A stretch of 64,000 bases of DNA, from assembly GCA_950097015.1 (NCBI GenBank), contig CATNEN010000038.1, forward strand, positions 22,754,001 to 22,818,000. Reading direction: 5' to 3'. The notes under the pieces were generated by a model, which had not been told where the DNA came from, ran no database searches, and saw only the letters and a list, made by a program, of their open reading frames with translations. The stretch comes from Macrostomum hystrix (Eukaryota; Animalia; Platyhelminthes). Shown one piece after another: positions 43,301 to 52,300 of the stretch. Both the position numbers and the translations under genes were made by a program. The first letter of the stretch is position 1. Every line of letters starts with the position of its first letter.

Positions 43301-46300
43301 CTCCCTCTCTACCCCACTGTCTCCTTCTCTCTCCTCTCCACTGTCTCCCTCTCTCTTCTCTCCACTGTCTCCCCTCTCTACCCCACTGTCTCCCTCTCTA
43401 CCCCACTGTCTCCCTCTCTACCCCACTGTCTCCCTCTCTACCCCACTGTCTCCCTCTCTACCCCACTGTCTCCCTCTCTACCCCACTGTCTCCCTCTCTA
43501 CCCCACTGTCTCCCTCTCTACCCCACTGTCTCCCTCTCTACCCCACTGTCTCCCTCTCTACCCCACTGTATCCCTCTCTACCCCACTGTCTCCTTCTCTC
43601 TCCTCTCCACTGTCTCCCTCTCTCCTCCCCACTGTCTCCCTCTCTCTCTACCTCTCTGTCTCCCTCTCTCTACCTCTCTGTCTCCCTCTCTCTCCTCCCC
43701 ACTGTCTCCCTCTCTCCTCCCCACTGTCTCCCTCTCTCTCTACCCCTCTATCTCCCTCCCCTAGTGTCTATTTTATCTAACTTTAGCTGTTTCTAATCTA
43801 TATGTGTGCTAAATTTGTCTCTAATTAAATAACAATGCAAATTTAGTCACATAGCTACACGGGTGCGAAAATTACAGTGATCAGATTCCAGCAGCAAAAC
43901 CATTGTTACATTAAGTAGATTCTCACAAGTAGAGTGCTGCTCCTATGGTTCTACTGCCCAGCGGGATGTGTGTCTTCTAGCTATAGCCTACAGCATTTTA
44001 ATTAAAAACATTTAATCACTAATAGAAGCAAAAAGCGACTAGAAGCAGCAAAAATGAATAAAATTTTATCTTTCTGTGCGTCTGTCTTAACTAGTCTAGG
44101 AGTGTGAGGTGCAGAATCTTCTCGGTTTTAATTGGGACATGCTTGAAACATGAAATTGAATGAGAATAGCGCGTATGGAGTTTGTTAAGAGAGGCTTTGT
44201 TTTATTGCTTTGAATTCGCTGACGGTCTGCATATGAGTTAGTGTTGCGTCATTTTTACCGCTTACTCGCAATTTCACGAGAAACTAGAGCATGAGAACTG
44301 ATCAGAGAAAATTTGAAATGTTAAGAGTTAAGTTTGACATGTTGAAAGGTATATAGAGAAATAGAGTTAGGAGAGGTAGAGTGAGATTAGGAGGGGAAGA
44401 GTGAGATTAGGAGATGTAGAGTGAGATTAGGAGAGGTAGAGTGAGATTAGGAGAGGTAGAGTGAGATTAAGAGAGGTAGAGTGAGATTAAGAGATGTAGA
44501 GTGAGATTAGGAGAGGTAGAGTGAGATTAGGAGAGGTAGAGTGAGATTAAGAGAGGTAGAGTGAGATTAAGAGATGTAGAGTGAGATTAGGAGAGGTAGA
44601 GTGAGATTAGGAGAGGTAGATTGAGATTAGGAGAGGTAGATTGAGATTAAGAGAGGTAGAGTGAGATTAGGAGAGGTAGATTGAGATTAGGAGAGGTAGA
44701 GTGAGATTAGGAGAGGTAGAGTGAGATTAGAAGATGTAGAGTGAGATTAGGAGAGGTAGAGTGAGATTAGAAGATGTAGAGTGAGATTAGGAGAGGTAGA
44801 GTGAGATTAGAAGATGTAGAGTGAGATTAGGAGAGGTAGAGTGAGATTAGGAGAGGTAAAAGATAGATAGTTTGCGGTAGGGTGAGATTGTTTGAAGCAG
44901 GTTAAAATTCTGTTCCTTATTAACGGTAGTCAGGGAGGCTACATGCTCGCCAATAATTCAACTTTGAGCAACTAATTTTTGCATTCACAGATTCGAGCTC
45001 GGAACGCCTACGGCTGGGGAGAGTACAGTGACGCAGTCTCAATCAACACTGTGGTTCCATCGAGGCGTAAGTCTAGTCTTGATTTAAAATGAGCCAATAG
45101 TGATCGTTAGTAATTCTGTATGGCATTGGATGACTTCCTATGACTCATGCGCGAATTTTCTACCAGCACACGCTACAAATTTTATGAGTCGGCCTGTAAG
45201 TTGTTAACTGGTCAAGCTTAATTTAGATTATCCACTAAAGGAGAATGGTTAAAGGGGATTAGCTTGTAAGTGTTAAACTGGGAGAAAGATTGGCCATAGT
45301 GGTCTTGGTTTTATGTTCGGTGGCTCTTGATAATTATGTAAAATAAATCCAGCGCGAGGCTTTAACATTCTTGATTAACTGCTATTTTTTGTCAAGGTCG
45401 GATAAAAAATGTTGAATCCGAAATATTGCAGCAGCTGCAATGTCAAAACAGTTTCTAAGAAAATAATTATTAAGTCTTTTAACATTCGTCCTGCTGTCTT
45501 CTTTGTGTGTCAAATGGTCGACTGCAGCTTATGGTCTGCAAAAAATGCGCTATATATTATGCACGATTGGTCCGGAAGAAGGAAAAAAGACAGACAGCAA
45601 AATTCCCTGGAGGGTCAATTAAAGAGTAGAACAGATAAAAAAAATTGCTTCAAATTCTCCTAATTACTTTTGGTACGCTTTTCGTCTTCTGTTCTATGAA
45701 GTAGAGTGGCATAGAGTGAGGTAAGAGTGAGGTAAGAGTGGAATAGAGTGAGGTGGAGTGGAATCGAGTGAGGTAAGAGTGGAATAGAGTGAGGTGGAGT
45801 GGAATAGAGTGAGGTGGAGTGGAATAGAGTGAGGTAAGAGTGAAATAGAGTGAGGTAGAGTGGAATAGAGTGAGGTAGAGTGGAATAGAGTGAGGTAGAG
45901 TGGAATTGAGTGAGGTAGAGTGAAATAGAGTGAGGTAGAGTGAAATAGAGTGAGGTGAGAGTGGAATAGAGTGAGGTAGAGTGGAATAGAGTGAGGTAGA
46001 GTGGAATAGAGTGAGGTAGAGTGAAATAGAGTGAGGTGAGAGTGGAATAGAGTGAGGTAGAGTGGAATAGAGTGAGGTAGAGTGGAATAGAGTGAGATAG
46101 AGTGAAATAGAGTGAGGTAGAGTGGAATAGAGTGAGGTAGAGTTGAATAGAGTGAGGTGGAGTGGAATAGAGTGAGGTAGAGTGAAATAGAGTGAGGTAG
46201 AGTGGAATAGAGTGAGGTAGAGTGGAATTGAGTGAGGTAGAGTGGAATAGAGTGAGGTAGAGTGGAATAGAGTGAGGTAAGAGTGGAATAGAGTGAGGTA

Positions 46301-49300
46301 GAGTGGAATAGAGTGAGGTAAGAGTGAAATAGAGTGAGGTAGAGTGGAATAGAGTGAGGTAGAGTTGAATAGAGTGAGGTAAGAGTGGAATTGAGTGAGG
46401 TAGAGTGAAATAGAGTGAGGTAGAGTGAAATAGAGTGAGGTGAGAGTGGAATAGAGTGAGGTAGAGTGGAATAGAGTGAGGTAGAGTGGAATAGAGTGAG
46501 GTAGAGTGAAATAGAGTGAGGTAGAGTGGAATAGAGTGAGGTAGAGTTGAATAGAGTGAGGTGGAGTGGAATAGAGTGAGGTAGAGTGAAATAGAGTGAG
46601 GTAGAGTGGAATAGAGTGAGGTAGAGTGGAATTGAGTGAGGTAGAGTGGAATAGAGTGAGGTAGAGTGGAATTGAGTGAGGTAGAGTGGAATAGAGTGAG
46701 GTGGAATGGAATAGAGTGAGGTAAGAGTAGAATAGAGTGAGGTGGAGTGGAATAGAGTGAGGTAAGAGTGAAATAGAGTGAGGTGAGAGTGGAATAGAGT
46801 GAGGTAGAGTGGAATAGAGTGAGGTAGAGTTGAATAGAGTGAGGTAGAGTGGAATAGAGTGAGGTAGAGTTGAATAGAGTGAGGTGGAGTGGAATAGAGT
46901 GAGGTAGAGTGTAATGGAGTGAGGTAAGAGTGAAATAGAGTGAGGTGAGAGTGGAATAGAGTGAGGTAGAGTGGAATAGAGTGAGGTAGAGTGGAATAGA
47001 GTGAGGTAGAGTGTAATAGAGTGAGGTAGAGTGTAATGGAGTGAGGTAGAGTGGAATAGAGTGAGTTAGAGTGGAATGGAGTAAGGTAGAGTGGAATAGA
47101 GTGAGGTAGAGTGGAATAGAGTGAGGTAGAGTGGAATAGATTGAGGTAGAGGGGAATAGAGTGAGGTTGTGTGGCGTGCAATTGGTTAGATAGGTGTTGA
47201 TTAAGGTATTATTAGATTGGTGCAATGTTTTAGAGCGACTTAGCTTAAACTGTTAACTACCATTTTTTGTTACAGCTGAAATCTCCGGTGTTAGCGGCGT
47301 CGGTGTCACCTCAGACAGCGGCGGCGGAGGCGGTGGCGCCAGTGGCGGCGGCGGAGGAGCTAACGCGAATGTCAACATCATAATTGGCGCAGTGGTAGCC
47401 GTACTGCTCTGCCTAGTCATTGTGCTCACTATGATCATTCTGACGAGCAGGCGAGGCCAGTTCCTGCCGCTTGGCAGGTGAGTTCGTTATTTTTAGATAA
47501 ATTTTAGAGCGACTTTAATCTGTCTACTTAGCGTACCTTACAAACTCTACCTTATCTACCTTGTCTACTTTACAAACTCTACCCAATCTAACTTTTTTGC
47601 CCTACGAACTCTACCCAATCTACCTTGACTACCATACACACTCCACCCAATCTACCTTGACTACCATATTAACTCTACGCAATCTACCTTGACAATCCAA
47701 AAAACTCTACCCAATCCACCTTGTCTACCCTAGAAGCTCTACCCAATTTACCTTGTCAACACTACAAACTCTACCCAATCTAACTTGTCTACCCTGCAAA
47801 CTTCACCTAATCTACATTACCTAACCTAGATACCCTACTGAGTCTACTTTGTCTACCCTACAAGCTTTAACAGATTTTCTTAAGCTACCTAATTCTTCCT
47901 AAACTAGTCCAGCCTATTAAGCTCCACTTAACCTACTTAATCTACCAATAATTGAATTTTTCCACTTAGTAGAGGATTAGTACCAGCTATAGGAAGAAAA
48001 AACGTACACTTTTCTGAGTTTTTTTCGTCTAGTTTTCCGATGATTCAGAAAGAAAGATAAGAGAGAGAGTGTGTGTGGTCAGTGAGACCACCATCTGCTC
48101 GACGAAGTTCAAATAATCAGAGTATAGAAAATCCGAGCCATCCTATTTGGCTTGTTACTTGTCTCCCAACTCGCTATATGCCTAGAATATTCTAGTCGAC
48201 GAAAATTTGATGAAGGACGCGGTGAGAGAGGAACTGCTGTGGCATGTGTGATTACACTGTTCAATATCATATGCATGAGCTCTGAAGGTCTTAGGGCCAT
48301 GCAGACCCTGCTCCAAGTTGGTCATTTGATGATGTAATTTTCCCTCATGCCTTTTCCACCCTTCGACTCCAATATTTTTCTAATTAACTCTTCCCATTGT
48401 AGTCTGGATTGGGTACTGGACTGCTTGGGATTAAGCATTGCCTCATCACCCTCTTCTTTTTATCTATCTTATCCTTCCCGTGTCTCATCTCTCCTGTGTC
48501 TCATCTCTCCTGTGTCTCATCTCTCCTGTGTCTCATCTCTCCCGTATCTCATCTCTCCCGTGTCTCATCTCTCCCGTGTCTCATCTCTCCCGTGTCTCAT
48601 CTCTCCCGTATCTCATCTCTCCCGTATCTCATCTCTCATGTGTCTCATCTCTCCCGTGTCTCATCTCTCCTGTGTCTCATCTCTCCCGTATCTCATCTCT
48701 CATGTGTCTCATCTCTCGCGTGTCTCATCCCCCCATGTCTCATCTCTCCCATGTCTCATCTCTCCCGTATCTCATCTCCACCTGTCTCATCCCTTCCCTG
48801 TCTCATCTCTCCCCTGTCTCATTTCCTCCTGTCTCATCTCCTCCTGTCTCATCTCTCCCATGTCTCATCTCTCCCGTATCTCATCTCTCCCGTGTCTTAT
48901 CTCTCCCGTGCGTCATCTCTCCCGTGTCTCATCTCTCCCGTGTCTCATCTCTCCCCTGTCTCATCTCTCCCCTGTCTTAACTTTCCCGTGTCTGATCTCT
49001 CATGTGTCTCATCCCTTTCCTGTCTCATCTCTCCCCTGTCTCATCTCTCCAATGTCTTATCTCTCCCGTGTCTCATCTCTCCCATGCCTGATCTCTCTCA
49101 TGTCTCATCTCTACCGTGTCTCAACTATCCCACGCTATAGTCTATTTGATTTTTCACGCAAGGCTATACAATGTTGTCAACCCCTGGGATAAGGGGAAAA
49201 CAAAGAAAACACCACTACGTACGTAATAATTTGCAACAAAACTATTCAGGAAATTGATGACCGGGGAGAAGGCAACAAATGGAGGTGCGAATTCTGGTGC

Positions 49301-52300
49301 CGCTTGTTCTGCGCTGGACTGCAACATGCTGCCTTACAGCAACAGTAAGTTTGCCATCTAGCTCTATAGCCTGCCGATATGTATTGAAATCTGTGTTTTT
49401 TAGAAATTTAGTCCGCTTTTATTTATCTATGCCTCTTGAATTGCTTTCTGCAGGCATTTGCTCTTTGGCTTACACGTCTAGCAGAGCTCATTGTGAGTAT
49501 TGTATAGTGGATATTTGTTTAATAATGGTGCGAGTGTATTTGCCGCTTTTATATCACTGGTTGTTGTTTATTTTCTGTGTTATTGTGTTAAAAATACTCT
49601 AATAAAAGATTATCTTAAAAATAGTTAATTAGCTGAACTCTCCGTCGGAGGACAATTATTTGTTGAAGTAGAATTTGGTAATGTACACGAATCGTCATGT
49701 CAGTTAGCGCTATTTTTAGATTAATGTACGTGCTCAGAAAACTTTGGAGCGTGGGCTGGATGTCCGCTAAGCGTAGGAAGTGTTTCTAAAAATAGAATAA
49801 ATATTTTTTCGAGGTTAGCGCGTTAAGTTTACCAGCCAATCAGAGGCGTCAGTAAAATCCAATGAAACAATCCGACTGGGGCAATAGTTTTTTATTTTAT
49901 GACTACATAATGAATCTATTAGTCACTACTCACTACATGAATCTATTAGTAGTACTTCTGCGTCATATAAAATATTATTTTTTGTGTACAAACATGTTAA
50001 ATTGTTATAATAAATTATTACTTTAATACATTGCTTTAAAAATGTCCGATAAAAATTCTATGCCCTCTAACCCATTCCTTATCCAACCCATTCCCTATCC
50101 AAGCCATTCCCTATCCATGCCAATCCTTATCCAAGCCATTCCCTATCCAAGCCAGTCCTTATCCAAGCCATTCCCTATCCAAGCCAGTCCATATCCAAGC
50201 CAGTCCCTATCCAAGCCAGTCCCTATCCAAGCCAATCCCTATCCAAGCCAGTCCCTATCCAAGCCAATCCCTATCCAAGCCAGTCCCTATCCAAGCCAGT
50301 CCCTATCCAAGCCAATCCCTATCCAAGCCAGTCCTAATCAAACCAATTCTTTATCCAACTTGTAATGTAAGCATTTTTTAAGTAATCCCTATATTCAATC
50401 TAAACTCCTATCCTAAAAATCCGCATCCCCTTCAGTACCGATGGGGCTGCAGCTGCCGCAGCATTTCAAATCCTACGTGGATCCACACACATACGAGGAT
50501 CCCAGTTTGGCCCTGCAAGAATTCGCCAAAGAGATTGACGCCTCCTGGATTGCCATCGACTGCGTTCTCGGCGGTGGCGAGTTCGGCGACGTCTGCAAAG
50601 GCCTCCTGACTGTGCCCGGCAGAGAGCCGCAGACTGTAGCCGTCAAGACACTCAAGCCTGGCGCCTCTGACAAGAACAAGCTGGACTTCCTCACTGAAGC
50701 TTCCATCATGGGACAATTTGACGATCCGAATGTCATCTATCTGGAGGGAGTTGTTACGAGAAGTCACCCAAATATGATTGTTACCGAGTTCATGGCTAAC
50801 GGATCTTTGGACGCCTTTTTAAGAGTGAGTTTTATTAAACTCGTAAAATTATTAGAGGTTTCACGAGTGTGACCCCCACCCCATTCCTCCACGTACGTTT
50901 TGACACCCACCTCACTCCGCAGCCGCTAGTGTGACAACCACCCCATTCCTCTCCGCCTGTATGACACCCACCCCGTTCCTCCTCGTGCACTTTGACACCC
51001 ACCTCACTCCACAGCCGCCAGTGTGACGCCCACCCCATTTCAGTTTGTGCAGTGTGACAACCACCCCCGTTCCTCTTCCTCCAGCCGGATCAGACCCACT
51101 TTTTTTAATTTGCCATTAATCAGCACACATTGATCTGACGTGGGTAACGACAGCAATTCTCCCGCTGGGAAATCTCTGAAAACATTATTTTTAAGTAGAT
51201 ATTGCATAAATCATCAAATAGGCGGATGTACACGGCTTCAATATTCTCGCTCTGTTACTACTAGAAGAGTGAAACCTGTTCTTTATCTCAAAAGAGTGAG
51301 AGACAGGGGGAGAAAGAATCAGAGACAGGGGGAGAAAGAATGAGAGACAGGGGAGAAAGAATGAGAGACAGGGGGGAGAAAGAGTGAGAGGCAGGGGGAG
51401 AAAGAGTGAGAGGCAGGTGAGAAAGAATGAGAGACAGGGGGAGAAAGAGTGAGAGGCAGGGGGAGAAAGAGTGAGAGGCAGGGGGAGAAAGAATGAGAGA
51501 CAGGGGGAGAAAGAGTGAGAGGCAGGGGGAGAAAGAATGAGAGACAGGGGAGAAAGAGTGAGAGACAGGGTAAGTTAAAGATAGGGAAAGAGACACTATA
51601 ACGCATATAGTGAATAACTAAAATGCTGTGCTTTGGTTTCAGGCAGAAAAGAAAAGAGAGATGATTAATGACGAATATACGAAGGCCTTTCAGATAAGTG
51701 AAGCAAAATTATAGAGAGTAAAATAGGACACCAATTTAGTAGCATCACTGGACCTGTCCGTGCACTCAAGTTACTGTCCCATCAATTTTGTTAATAGTCA
51801 ATTAAGTCGTCCTTTAGTCCACCGTCCCCTGCCATCATTCATTTGTTTCATCTTACTGAGCACTCAGTTGATGAGTGACTGACGAATGATTGATTCCAAA
51901 GTCACATAAGCTGGTCAGATTTTTACTACTATTCGTTCCCTAAAGGGTTGGTGATTTTCGTCTTTAGGATCTTGACTTTGAATCATATTTAAATTCAAGC
52001 GGTTTCAAGACAGAAATTACGAAAGCTTCGAAATCCTATATTAAAAAAGAACTCATCCGTAGTAATTAGATCCAAATCATAATCCCAATTGATTGTTTAA
52101 ATCCCAATCAATCGTTAAAACAAATACTAACCAACCGATAAAACGAAACTCATACAATCGATAAAACAAAACCCAAACAATCGATAAAACAAAACCCAAC
52201 CAATCGATAAAACAAAACCCAACCAATCGATAAAACAAAACCCAACCAATCGATAAAACAAAACCCAAACAATCGATAAAACAAAACCCAACCAATCGAT

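Noticed and set aside
45660-47225. 495-521 aa minus-strand ORFs
   Set aside because: Translation of a 20-bp minisatellite.
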